From positions 1-60,784 of the forward strand of contig JBGAGQ010000036.1 in the NCBI GenBank assembly GCA_044226625.1: 60,784 nucleotides of DNA. The letters run 5' to 3'. Within the stretch, counting starts at the first letter, position 1; every line of letters starts with the position of its first letter. The notes under the pieces are model-generated. The model did not search any database. It was not told the DNA's origin and was given only the letters and a program-made list of their open reading frames with translations. Positions 1 to 10,445 of this stretch are shown piece after piece. This DNA is from Thermoanaerobaculia bacterium. GTDB lineage: Bacteria > Acidobacteriota > Thermoanaerobaculia > Multivoradales > UBA5704. Made by a program: the position numbers and the translations under genes.

Positions 1-920
1 AGCTGGCCGATCTTCTTGCCCTGGGTGACCCAGCTGGTCTGCAGGTGCACGACATTGTCGAAGAAGAGCCGGGTGACCGCGAGCGTCCGAAGGTACTCCT
101 CGGCATAAGTCTCGGGAATGTCGGGTAGGTCGGTATGCTCGTGCTGGAACGTCCAGGAGATGAAGGCGGTGAAGCCGCCGGTCTCGTCTTGGAGATCGCG
201 GATCCGCTGGATGTGTTCGATCCGCGCCTCTATCGTCTCGCCCATGCCGTACATCATGGTGGCCGACGTGCGGAGACCGTTCGCGTGCGCCTGCCGCATC
301 ACGTCGATCCACTCTTCCGACGAGCACTTCGGATAGGCGAGGACATCCTTACGTATCCCGTCGGAGAGGATCTCGGCGCCGCCGCCGGGGATCGACTGGA
401 GACCCGCCGCCTTCAACCGGGCGATCACGTCGTAGAAGCTCATCCGCTCTTTCTTCGCGATGAACTTCACCTCGGGGGGCGAGAACGCGTGGAGGTGGAC
501 GGCCGGGTATCGCTCTCTGAGATACCGCAGCAGATCCTCGTAGTAGGAGAGCGGCAGGTCGGGATGGACGCCTCCCTGCATCAGGACGCCGGTGCCGTTG
601 AGCGCGATCGTCTCCTCGATCTTTTTGCCGATCTCTTCGAGCGGCAGGAGATACCCCTCCGGATCGCCAGGCGGGCGATAGAACGCGCAGAACTTGCATT
701 TGTAGACGCAAACGTTAGTGTAATTGATGTTCCGGTCGACGTTGTAGGTGGCGACCTCCGGGTCGTTCCACCGGTTGCGAACCTCGTTGGCGGCTTCGCC
801 GAGCTCCAACAGGTCGCCGTCGAGCAGGAGAGTATGCGCATCGCCGGCCGAGATGCGCAGGCCGGCGAGAGCGTCGTCGAGAATCGAAGAGACGGGGCGT
901 CCGGAAGGCGAGAGACTCAT
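1..920 (-). CDS. mqnC: Cyclic dehypoxanthine futalosine synthase (radical SAM), 3' end runs off the window
   Basis: Not in the ORF track because it has no stop in the window. Manual translation from ATG at 920: MSLSPSGRPV...ATYNVDRNINYTNVCVYKCKFCAFYR (CxxxCxxC), LQGGVHP, and HLQTSWVTQG near position 1, typical of MqnC/CofH family. Confidence 0.85.
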   Translation of the reverse strand, partial: MSLSPSGRPVSSILDDALAGLRISAGDAHTLLLDGDLLELGEAANEVRNRWNDPEVATYNVDRNINYTNVCVYKCKFCAFYRPPGDPEGYLLPLEEIGKKIEETIALNGTGVLMQGGVHPDLPLSYYEDLLRYLRERYPAVHLHAFSPPEVKFIAKKERMSFYDVIARLKAAGLQSIPGGGAEILSDGIRKDVLAYPKCSSEEWIDVMRQAHANGLRTSATMMYGMGETIEARIEHIQRIRDLQDETGGFTAFISWTFQHEHTDLPDIPETYAEEYLRTLAVTRLFFDNVVHLQTSWVTQGKKIGQ

Positions 921-969
921 CCGGGCACTCTACCGAGATCGGGAAAGAGCGGCAACCGGACGGCGCGTA

Positions 970-2369
<1,400 letters not shown>

Positions 2370-2376
<7 letters not shown>

Positions 2377-3128
2377 GCAGCAGCTCCTGGATATCGAGGC
2401 AAGGAGAAATCTATCTGAAAAACGTCCGAACCGGCGCTCTCGCGGCATTCTCCGCCGAGCCGACGGGCGAGCTCCCCGAGGTCCGCGCAGAGCCGTTCGG
2501 CTTCCCCCTCGCCACCGCTAGGGCGTCGGGGCTCGACCGTGAGGCGGATCTTCGCCTCGGCGGGGTCGGCGTTCAAGGACAGCGCCATCCGGGAGCCCGC
2601 GCCCGCCTCGGCGAGTCCTCGGCACAGAAGCGACAGAAGGGCCGGCGCCAGAAGGTCACGACGCGCCCGGACCGGCACGGGGTGGGGCGGGAGCTCAAAG
2701 CTCCAAGTAGCCCGCAGCAGAATCGACTCGGTGCCGCCCAACGTCGACAGGCGACGGAGCAACCGGACGAGATCCACCTCCTCTTCGCGCCGGGTCGCGG
2801 CGGGGAGGAGATCCAGTGCCGTCGCGGACGACTCCACGAGCCGGCCGTAACCCGCGCGCAACGCGGAAAGCACCGGTACGAAGGTCTCGCCGGGGCGGAC
2901 CCCCACGGCGTCTCCCCGATCGACCTGCCTTTGGAGATCGGAAGTCTCCGCCGCCAGAAGCTCCACGTTGAGGCCGATCGAGTTGAGGGGGCTGTTCAAA
3001 AGGTGCTCGAACGAAGAGTAGAGGCGCCGCAGGGCGCGAAAGTGAGCGGCAAAAGTTGCCGCCTCGTCGGCTCGATTTCCATCGTTCGGGCCGAGGGAGG
3101 CAGGAAAGGAATCCTCGAAGGCACTCAT
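2370..3128 (-). CDS. Degenerate histidine-kinase-like protein
   Basis: H-box-like EHLLNSPLNSIGLNVELL and a HATPase-like C-terminus without recognisable N/G1/G2 boxes; overlaps the start of the activator gene. Confidence 0.6.
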
Positions 3129-3134
3129 CTTGCT
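3119..3134 (+). promoter_or_regulatory. Sigma-54 -24/-12 promoter for the M23 peptidase gene
   Basis: AGGCACTCATCTTGCT, with GG and GC exactly 12 nt apart, 60 nt before ATG 3194. Confidence 0.6.
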
Positions 3135-3193
3135 CCTTACCGGATGATCGGAGTCGTTTGAACCTTGGTCTCAACGCGGGAGGTGGTGGAACC

Positions 3194-4000
3194 ATGAATC
3201 CAGAACCCGTTTCGACGGAGCCTCGGACCTCGCAAAACACGAAACCGAAGATTCCGCCGCAGGTCTCGGCGATCCTGGCGGCCTTGCTCGCCGGATTCCT
3301 CCTGGGAGCCGGCGTCGTCCTCTACTTGGTAGCGAAAAAAGGGCTCACGTTCCGCTTCGCCTCGACCCAGACGGCCGTGGAATCTTCGAGCCCCGCAGTC
3401 GGGCGAGCCGCCCCCGCCATCCCGACACGAGCCCCGGCTCGAGGAGGTGGAACGGGAGCGCCCTTCACCACACCCGGCGCTCCCGCGACGGAACAACCCT
3501 CGGGGCCCCCCTTGGCACCGGGTCCGGCGCTCGCCGAGGGCGAGCTCCTCCAGACCCCGGGCGGTCCCCGTCAGCTGGCGATCCCGGTCGCCGGGATCCA
3601 ACCGGCCGACCTTCGCAACACGTTCGACGAGGCGCGGAGCGGCGAGCGGAAGCACGAAGCGATCGACATCATCGCCCCGCGTAACACGCCGGTCCTCGCG
3701 GTCGACGATGGCAAGGTCGAGAAGCTCTTCTTCAGCCAACGTGGCGGCACCACCCTTTACCAGTTCGATCCCACGCGAACTTACGCCTACTACTACGCTC
3801 ACCTCGACGCCTACGCGCCAGGGCTGGTCGCCGGCCAGGAGCTCCGAAGAGGCGAGCTGGTGGGCTATGTCGGTACCACGGGCAACGCCCCCCCAGAAAC
3901 GCCGCACCTCCACTTCCAGATCTTCCGCCTAACCCCGGAAAAGCACTGGTGGGAAGGGGAGGCGATCAATCCCTACCCCTACCTGGCACGCGCCCATTAG
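3194..4000 (+). CDS. M23 family metallopeptidase, membrane-anchored
   Basis: N-terminal TM, Pro/Ala linker, HEAIDI (HxxxD), YAHL and PHLHF motifs; RBS GGAGG before ATG 3194. Confidence 0.9.
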   Translation: MNPEPVSTEPRTSQNTKPKIPPQVSAILAALLAGFLLGAGVVLYLVAKKGLTFRFASTQTAVESSSPAVGRAAPAIPTRAPARGGGTGAPFTTPGAPATEQPSGPPLAPGPALAEGELLQTPGGPRQLAIPVAGIQPADLRNTFDEARSGERKHEAIDIIAPRNTPVLAVDDGKVEKLFFSQRGGTTLYQFDPTRTYAYYYAHLDAYAPGLVAGQELRRGELVGYVGTTGNAPPETPHLHFQIFRLTPEKHWWEGEAINPYPYLARAH

Positions 4001-4017
4001 CTTCCGAGAGGGACCGC

Positions 4018-5013
4018 TCACTCGACGAACTCGACCGGGGTTCCTACCGCGATCCGCGCCATCAGCCGCTCGGCGTCCCAGTTGGTCAACCGGACGCAGC
4101 CGTGGCTCTCGGCGTGCCCGATCGCCCCGGGAGAGGGCGTGCCATGGAGGCCGTAATGCTCCTTTGAAAGCCCAACCCAACCCAACCCCACGGGGTTGTT
4201 GGGCCCCGGGGGCAGCAGCGCCTCTTCTTCCTTCGGCTCAGCGTCCCAGAAGAGATCGGGGTTGTAGTGGAAGACGGGCTCGCGCGAGATCGAGACCACC
4301 TTCCACGATCCGATCGGCAGGGGGTCGTGCTCGCTGCCGGATGAGATCGGGGCGTAGAAGACCGGGTCTCCCCGGTCCGACACGCCTCGCATCGCGCTCT
4401 CCGACTTCGAGACGACGACCTTGGCGATCGAGGATGCCGCCCCCGATCCCTCCGCCGGTGACTCCAGAACGTTCGGCACCCGAAGGGTCTCACCCGAGGT
4501 GAGCTTTACGTTCGGGTTCAGCTTCTGAAGCAGCGCGGGGCTCGCGTGGAAACGCTCGCCGAGGGCCTCCGCGAGCGAGGAGTAGTCCATGCGGCCGAGC
4601 TTCGCCTGATCGGCGGGCTCGGCGGGGATCTCGACGAACGGACCCGCGGCCTCCTCGGGGGTCACCCGATGGAGTGTGAGAACAGGGGCCTGTGTCCTTA
4701 GTCGCAGCTCCCGCAGGGTCACGCGATCCAGCCGACCGTCTGCCGCCGACCGACGGATCCGACGCTGGAACTCGGCGAGCGCCCTGGCGGAGTTGGGTCC
4801 CTCGACGCCGTCGATCTCGCCGGGCGAGATGCCGAGCCGATCGAGCAGGACCTGCGCTTCGAGCCAGGGAGCGAGAGGCTCGGGCTGGCTCGACGCGGCT
4901 CGGGTTGATCGTTCTTTCGCCTTCTCAGCCATTCCAGGTTCGAAACAGCAGGCGGCGAGTACTCCGCAGATCAGGATGGCCCTCGTCGGGCGTCGGCTAT
5001 CCGGATTCGTCAC
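4018..5013 (-). CDS. L,D-transpeptidase (YkuD) with peptidoglycan-binding domain
   Basis: PG-binding GISPGEIDGVEGPNS, GPNNPVG, catalytic YGLHGT...SHGCVRL; GTG start at 5013 after GGAGGGAG. Confidence 0.88.
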   Translation of the reverse strand: MTNPDSRRPTRAILICGVLAACCFEPGMAEKAKERSTRAASSQPEPLAPWLEAQVLLDRLGISPGEIDGVEGPNSARALAEFQRRIRRSAADGRLDRVTLRELRLRTQAPVLTLHRVTPEEAAGPFVEIPAEPADQAKLGRMDYSSLAEALGERFHASPALLQKLNPNVKLTSGETLRVPNVLESPAEGSGAASSIAKVVVSKSESAMRGVSDRGDPVFYAPISSGSEHDPLPIGSWKVVSISREPVFHYNPDLFWDAEPKEEEALLPPGPNNPVGLGWVGLSKEHYGLHGTPSPGAIGHAESHGCVRLTNWDAERLMARIAVGTPVEFVE

Positions 5014-6646
5014 AAAGCTCCCTCCGTACGTACGGGGGAGCTTGAGCAAGGGCGGTGCCACGACGTGGCAAGCCGAGCTTCTCCTCTCGGGCCTCGATCA
5101 GCTCCTCGAGCGCCTCGCGCAACGTGGCGAAGGTGATTGGCTTCGTGAGGTGGCGGGAGAAACCGGCCGCGAGGCTGCGCGCGATCGCTTCCTCACCGCC
5201 GAGACCCGAGGTGGCGATCCCTTCGAGACGGTACCGCTGGACCAGCTCCGGCATCAGATCGAGCCCGCTGCCCGACCGGAGCCAGAGATCGCTCACCACG
5301 AAGTCGATCGTCGACTCCGGAGCCCCCGCCGCGGCCAGCGCCGCCTCCGCGCTGTCGGCGAGCGTCACCCGATGCCCCATTCGGCGCAACAGGTGGGAGA
5401 TGGCAAAGGCGGTGTCGGCATGGTCCTCGACCAGGAGAATGTGAAGCCGGGGCCCGTCGAGCGTCGGATCCTCCGCCGGAGGAGCCGAATCGGACGCATC
5501 CGACGCCAGGGCATCCTCCGGCAAGGCCGTCGGCAGGAAGACGAAGAACGTGGCACCGCTTCCGGGTCCCTCGCTGTGGGCCGAGAGCACCCCGCCGTGG
5601 TCGTCGATGATCGACTTCGCGATCCACAGCCCGAGGCCGAGCCCCCCTCCTTCCGGAGCGCCGTTGCGCTCGAACGGCTCGAAGAGCTTCGGAGCGACCT
5701 CGGTGGCGAACCCCCGGCCGCTGTCGGAGATCTCGATCGCCACCCCGTCGGACTGTGGGAAGCTCGAACGAACCGAGACCTTTCCCCCGGCGGGGGTATA
5801 GCGAACGGCGTTGGTCAGTAGGTTGCAAAGCGCCTGGGTCAGGCGAATCGGATCGCCCCACACTCGCGCGCCGCGCGCCGCGAGGTCCGTCTCGAGCGCG
5901 AGCTCCCCTGTCGCGAGCGCAGTGGTCACCGCGGTCTCGATCGCTTCGGTGACCAGCCGGCTTACGTCCACCACCTCGCGATGGAGCGCGAAGGTGCCGC
6001 GGTTGATCCGCGTCAAATCGAGCAGGTCGTCGATCAGCCGGGCTTCGATCTCGGCGTTGCGGCGGACGATGTGGAGTTGCTCGCGCACTTCGCGAGGCAG
6101 CGCCTCGTCGATCTCCAACAGCGAGGAGATGCCGAGGATTGGCGCCATCGGCGTCCGCAGCTCGTGGCTCAGCCGCGCGAGGAACCGATCCTTGGCCCGG
6201 TTGGCGTCCTCGGCCGCGGTGCGCGCAGAGCGCTCGACCGCGAGGTCGACCTGCGCCTCCGCCGCCCGTTGCTTCTGCAAGGCATAGCGGATCGACCGGT
6301 CGAGTAGGGCCGGCGTCAGTCCGGCCTTCTCGAGGAAGTCGGAGGCGCCCGCGTCCATCGCCGCGAGGTCCACCTCGCGCGAGCCGGAACCGGTGAGGAG
6401 GATCGCCGGCGTCGCGGCGTGATGCCTCTTGAGATCGCGTACGAACTCGACCCCGGTCCGCGGCCCGAGGTAGTGGTCGACCAGACAGAGGTCGTACCCT
6501 CCCGAGCTCAGGCGCCGGAGCGCCTCCTCATAGTGCGGAACCCAGTCGAGCTCGAAACGGAGCTCAGGAATGTCGGACAGGAGGTCGCGCGCGACGACGA
6601 AGTCGTCTTCGTCGTCCTCGACCAACAGGATCCGCAGGACCTCCAT
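4997..6646 (-). CDS. Hybrid sensor histidine kinase/response regulator (REC-HK-REC)
   Basis: N-terminal REC, LSHELRTP H-box, NLLTNAVRY N-box, DSGRG and GLGLGL G-boxes, C-terminal REC. Confidence 0.92.
   Translation of the reverse strand: MEVLRILLVEDDEDDFVVARDLLSDIPELRFELDWVPHYEEALRRLSSGGYDLCLVDHYLGPRTGVEFVRDLKRHHAATPAILLTGSGSREVDLAAMDAGASDFLEKAGLTPALLDRSIRYALQKQRAAEAQVDLAVERSARTAAEDANRAKDRFLARLSHELRTPMAPILGISSLLEIDEALPREVREQLHIVRRNAEIEARLIDDLLDLTRINRGTFALHREVVDVSRLVTEAIETAVTTALATGELALETDLAARGARVWGDPIRLTQALCNLLTNAVRYTPAGGKVSVRSSFPQSDGVAIEISDSGRGFATEVAPKLFEPFERNGAPEGGGLGLGLWIAKSIIDDHGGVLSAHSEGPGSGATFFVFLPTALPEDALASDASDSAPPAEDPTLDGPRLHILLVEDHADTAFAISHLLRRMGHRVTLADSAEAALAAAGAPESTIDFVVSDLWLRSGSGLDLMPELVQRYRLEGIATSGLGGEEAIARSLAAGFSRHLTKPITFATLREALEELIEAREEKLGLPRRGTALAQAPPYVRRELCDESG
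5045..5060 (-). promoter_or_regulatory. Sigma-54 promoter for the L,D-transpeptidase gene
   Basis: Minus strand TGGCACCGCCCTTGCT matches TGGCAC-N5-TTGCT, 32 nt upstream of the GTG start. Confidence 0.7.
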
Positions 6647-6649
6647 GGT

Positions 6650-7114
6650 TCAAGCGATCCTCATCACCTCGTCCGGACGCTTGACGATTCCGAACCAGTA
6701 ACGCCCGAGGCAGCTCATGGCGCGGACGAGCTCGTCGAACAACGCCGGTTTGGTGATGAAGGAGTTGCTCCCGAGATCGTAGCTCTGCACCACGTCGACA
6801 TCGGCCGACGAGGTCGAGAGCACCACCACCGGGATCCGGCGCAGGACCGGATCCTCTTTGAGCTCGCGCAGCGCCTGACGGCCGTCTTTCTTCGGCATGT
6901 TCAGGTCGAGCAGGATCAACCCCGGCGGAGGAGCCGGCCCCGCGGATTCGAAACGGCCGCGGCCAGCGAGGTAATCGAGCAACTCCTCCCCATCTTCCAC
7001 TTCGAACAGGGGGTTGACGACCTCGCCTTCGGCCAGCGCTTCCCGAGTCAGCATCCGGTCTTCCGGATCGTCGTCGGCGAGGACGATGAGGGCTTTGTCA
7101 GAGATTCGGCGCAT
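6650..7114 (-). CDS. Single-domain response regulator (Rcp1-like)
   Basis: LADDDPED, ILLDLNMPKKDG, IPVVVLSTS, FITKP. Confidence 0.92.
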   Translation of the reverse strand: MRRISDKALIVLADDDPEDRMLTREALAEGEVVNPLFEVEDGEELLDYLAGRGRFESAGPAPPPGLILLDLNMPKKDGRQALRELKEDPVLRRIPVVVLSTSSADVDVVQSYDLGSNSFITKPALFDELVRAMSCLGRYWFGIVKRPDEVMRIA

Positions 7115-8288
7115 GGACGGTTTCCTCGCCCCGGGACGGTGTGCCGATCGGCAACGTCACCTCGAACCGAGAGCCCCCGCCCGGATTGGCGAAGACGTGG
7201 ATCTCGCCGTTGTGCCGCTCGGCGATCTTGCGGCAAACCGCAAGACCGATCCCGGTTCCCTCGTAGACGTCGCGACCATGGAGGCGCTTGAACATGTCGA
7301 AGATCTTCTCACGATGATGCTCTTCGATCCCAATGCCGCGGTCGGCGACGACCAGCCGACAGACGGCCCCCAAGGGACCCGGCTCGATGGCGCCCGAGAT
7401 CTGGACCTGGGGGACTTCGCCCGGAGCCACGAACTTGAGTGCGTTGGCGACCAGGTTCTGGAGCAACTGACGCATCTGCGCCTTGTCGGCCTCGATCGTA
7501 GGCAGCGGCTTCAAGTCGATGATCGCCTGCGATTCCGCGATCCGGCCCTCGAGATCGGAGATCACGTCGGCCGCAATCTTCGCCAGATCGACCGGCAGAT
7601 GCGGCTGGGCTCGCGTGGTCAATCGAGAATAGGTGAGCAGGTCCTCGATCAGCTGGGTCATCCGCTCGGCGGCGCGCGCGGAGCGGTTCAAGTAATCGCG
7701 CCCCTCCGGATCGAGCCCGGCCGCGTGGCGCTGCAAGAGCCGGTCGGAAAAGGTGCGGATCTTCCGCAGCGGCTCTTGAAGATCGTGCGACGCGACCGAG
7801 GCGAACTCCTCGAGCTCGCGGTTGCTCGCCTCGAGCCGACGGCTGGTTTGCACCAGCTCCTCGATCGTCCGTTCTTGCTCGAGGGTCTGAGCTTCGAGGC
7901 GGGCTTTCGAGTCCGCCAGGTCGGCCGTCCTCTGGGTCACCCGGGCCTCCAACTCCCGGGTCAAGGACTGCCATTGCGTGACGGCTCGCCATCGCGCCTC
8001 GCCGAACAGGGAAAGCAACGCGCCCTGGACGAAGAGGAGAAGGAACCCGGAGAACGTCGCGCCCGAGAGAGGAAGGACCCAGAGCGCGACGACGAGCAGA
8101 TGGGATCCCGTGGCGACCAGGCCGGGAACGAGGCCCCCGAGCCAAGCGGCGATGATGACCAGGATCCCGTTGTGCAGGAACGGTGTCTGGGCCGGGTTTT
8201 CCTCGTAGTGGACGCGAAACGCGACCACCAGGACCGGGAGGACCAATCCGAGAAGGTTGGCGAGCACGGGGCGGCGTCTGCGATGCAT
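7098..8288 (-). CDS. Membrane sensor histidine kinase (phytochrome-type kinase core)
   Basis: Several N-terminal TM segments, SHDLQEPLRKI H-box, NLVANALKF, DRGIGI, GTGIGLA. Confidence 0.9.
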   Translation of the reverse strand: MHRRRRPVLANLLGLVLPVLVVAFRVHYEENPAQTPFLHNGILVIIAAWLGGLVPGLVATGSHLLVVALWVLPLSGATFSGFLLLFVQGALLSLFGEARWRAVTQWQSLTRELEARVTQRTADLADSKARLEAQTLEQERTIEELVQTSRRLEASNRELEEFASVASHDLQEPLRKIRTFSDRLLQRHAAGLDPEGRDYLNRSARAAERMTQLIEDLLTYSRLTTRAQPHLPVDLAKIAADVISDLEGRIAESQAIIDLKPLPTIEADKAQMRQLLQNLVANALKFVAPGEVPQVQISGAIEPGPLGAVCRLVVADRGIGIEEHHREKIFDMFKRLHGRDVYEGTGIGLAVCRKIAERHNGEIHVFANPGGGSRFEVTLPIGTPSRGEETVHAPNL

Positions 8289-8306
8289 GGTCGGTGTCCC
8301 TGCCGT

Positions 8307-10202
8307 TTACGGGTTGGCGCCTACGCCGCTGGCGAACCAGGCCTCGGCGCGCCGCCAGTGGATTTTACGGCCGCCACCCATGAGCTCGATGCCCAGCCGG
8401 CGACGGCCGATGCGGGCGAGGAGAGCGCCTTCGATTCGCCCTTCTTTGCCCGTGAGCCGGGCCTCCGCGGTGAGCCGGGGTCCGGCTTGTCCCTGCCCCA
8501 CCGCTCGCCAGGAAGCGCTCGATAGCTCGACCCTGCCGGTGGCCGCCACCGCCTTGTCGCGGAAGAAGTGCGCCGCGATTCGGGCCCCCGGCCGATCGCC
8601 GAACAGGGCGAACAGCGGCAGCGCGTCGCGCGCTTCGGCCGCTCCGGAAAAGGCGAGGAAGCGCTCGGTGCCGGGCGCCACGAAACCCTCGCGAAGAGTC
8701 CCCTTTGCCCACCAGTTCGTAGAGGACGGGGGCTTCCCGCCCTCCGTTCTTTGGACGGTGACCTCGTCACAGCGGACCTCGGTCCCGTCGAGCGCGAATC
8801 GACCGCTCCGAACGTCTTCGCTCGCGATCGCGACCGCCACCCGGCAGCGGCCGGCAAGGGCCAGACGGCGAGCGGTCGCGGCGACGTCCTGGGTCGTCAG
8901 GCTGATGCGGCCACGCGCGCGGCCGGTCGGCGCGATCTCCACGTGGGTCGCAAGCCTGCCGCGCCCACCGGTGAGCTTCACCCCGGCTCCCGCCGGCAGG
9001 TAGGAGTTGTAGTAGCGGAGATCCGGCACCTCGGCGACGGGGAGATCGGCCCGGGCGGAGACTTCCGTAAGGCGGCCGTCGAGATCCAGATCCGGTGAGG
9101 CGAAAGCCAACGTCAGCCGAGGCGCCGTCGCGTACGGCACCGACGCGCCGTGCCGGCGGATTTCGCAGCGGGAAAGCTCCGCCTGGCCGGTCATCCCGCC
9201 ACGCTCGGCCCGCCAGGTGAGAAGCGCCTCGCCCCGGGCTTGATAGTCGAGGAACTCGACCTTCGCGGCGTGCGCCCGGATCTGCGCGTCTCCCCCGGGC
9301 TCGAGCCGGCCGCGGACGAAACGGACGTGCGAGCGGAGGTCTCCCTCCCCGCCCTCTAGCGAAAGCCACGGAACCTTCGGCATCAGGCCGACGAGGAAGC
9401 GAAGCGATCGGAGGCGACCGTCGAGCTGCAAGCTGCCGGACACATGGCGCATCGCCGCCCAGCCCCGCTCGCGGCGGGGGGAGAAGGGATCGGTCGCGGC
9501 TTCGAGGTTTCCTCGCACGCCGGAGGCTGCCGGCAGGCCCACGACCGAGATCTCCGCGTCGAGCAGGTCGAGCCGGGTGGGAAACACCTGCGCGTCCCGC
9601 CCCAGGCGCAGCTTCAAGCCGCCCCGTGCGGCCATCGCGCCGGTCGCCCGCCACCGTTCGACCCAGAGCTCGCGAATCCGACGCATCGCGACCGATTGGA
9701 GCTCGATCGTCCAACGACTATTCCTCGGCGCCGCGAGCATCGTCTCGAATTCTTCGGGGGTCGCGCTGAACGCCGGCACGATCTCCGGCTGCCCCTCAAG
9801 CGGAGGCGCGCCGCTTGGCAGGATTCGTGCGATCCGGACGGCGACCCCCGAAGCTTCCACGCCACGAAACAAGGCGCGGCGGTTCAGGAGCGACGGGAGG
9901 TGCAGCGCTCCTTCCACCACGTCGGCATGGAGGCTCCAGCGGACCCGCCGGGTGCGGCCCGCGAGCTCGAGATCATGAACCACCAACCATCCTGGCCAGG
10001 GGCTCCTGGCCTCCCGCCAACCGATGCGAAACCGTTCGGGTTTGCGATTGAGCCGGCCGACCAGGTCGGCCGAGCGGAGGTAGCGGGCGGCCGCCAGCGT
10101 ATACAGCCCTTCTCCCCCGAGCAGAAGCACCGCCGCGATGACAAGGAAAAGCCAGAGCTTCCGTCGTCTCGCCGGCATCGGGCTCTTCGTCGGGAGGTCC
10201 AT
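8307..10202 (-). CDS. Hypothetical membrane-anchored beta-rich protein (possibly AsmA-like)
   Basis: Long ORF with a single N-terminal TM (LWLFLVIAAVLLLGG) followed by alternating beta-strand pattern; start uncertain. Confidence 0.65.
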   Translation of the reverse strand: MDLPTKSPMPARRRKLWLFLVIAAVLLLGGEGLYTLAAARYLRSADLVGRLNRKPERFRIGWREARSPWPGWLVVHDLELAGRTRRVRWSLHADVVEGALHLPSLLNRRALFRGVEASGVAVRIARILPSGAPPLEGQPEIVPAFSATPEEFETMLAAPRNSRWTIELQSVAMRRIRELWVERWRATGAMAARGGLKLRLGRDAQVFPTRLDLLDAEISVVGLPAASGVRGNLEAATDPFSPRRERGWAAMRHVSGSLQLDGRLRSLRFLVGLMPKVPWLSLEGGEGDLRSHVRFVRGRLEPGGDAQIRAHAAKVEFLDYQARGEALLTWRAERGGMTGQAELSRCEIRRHGASVPYATAPRLTLAFASPDLDLDGRLTEVSARADLPVAEVPDLRYYNSYLPAGAGVKLTGGRGRLATHVEIAPTGRARGRISLTTQDVAATARRLALAGRCRVAVAIASEDVRSGRFALDGTEVRCDEVTVQRTEGGKPPSSTNWWAKGTLREGFVAPGTERFLAFSGAAEARDALPLFALFGDRPGARIAAHFFRDKAVAATGRVELSSASWRAVGQGQAGPRLTAEARLTGKEGRIEGALLARIGRRRLGIELMGGGRKIHWRRAEAWFASGVGANP

Positions 10203-10445
10203 CGGCGCTGGTTCGGGCGGTGATTCCGGCGGCCTTTCGTTTCGCTCCGCGATGGTACAACAGCGTTTCGCAGCCTCTCTTCCCGGCAAAACCTGCTGGC
10301 GAACCGTCGTTCGACAGCGCAGTTAATTCCGACGCTTGTTCCCAAAGATCCGACCGTCGAAAAGACGAGAAACAGGGCCGCCGACCGCCTTCGCGCCAAC
10401 AGAGGGCAGGGTAAGATCGGCCGGCGCAAGAAAGGAATCCGTATC

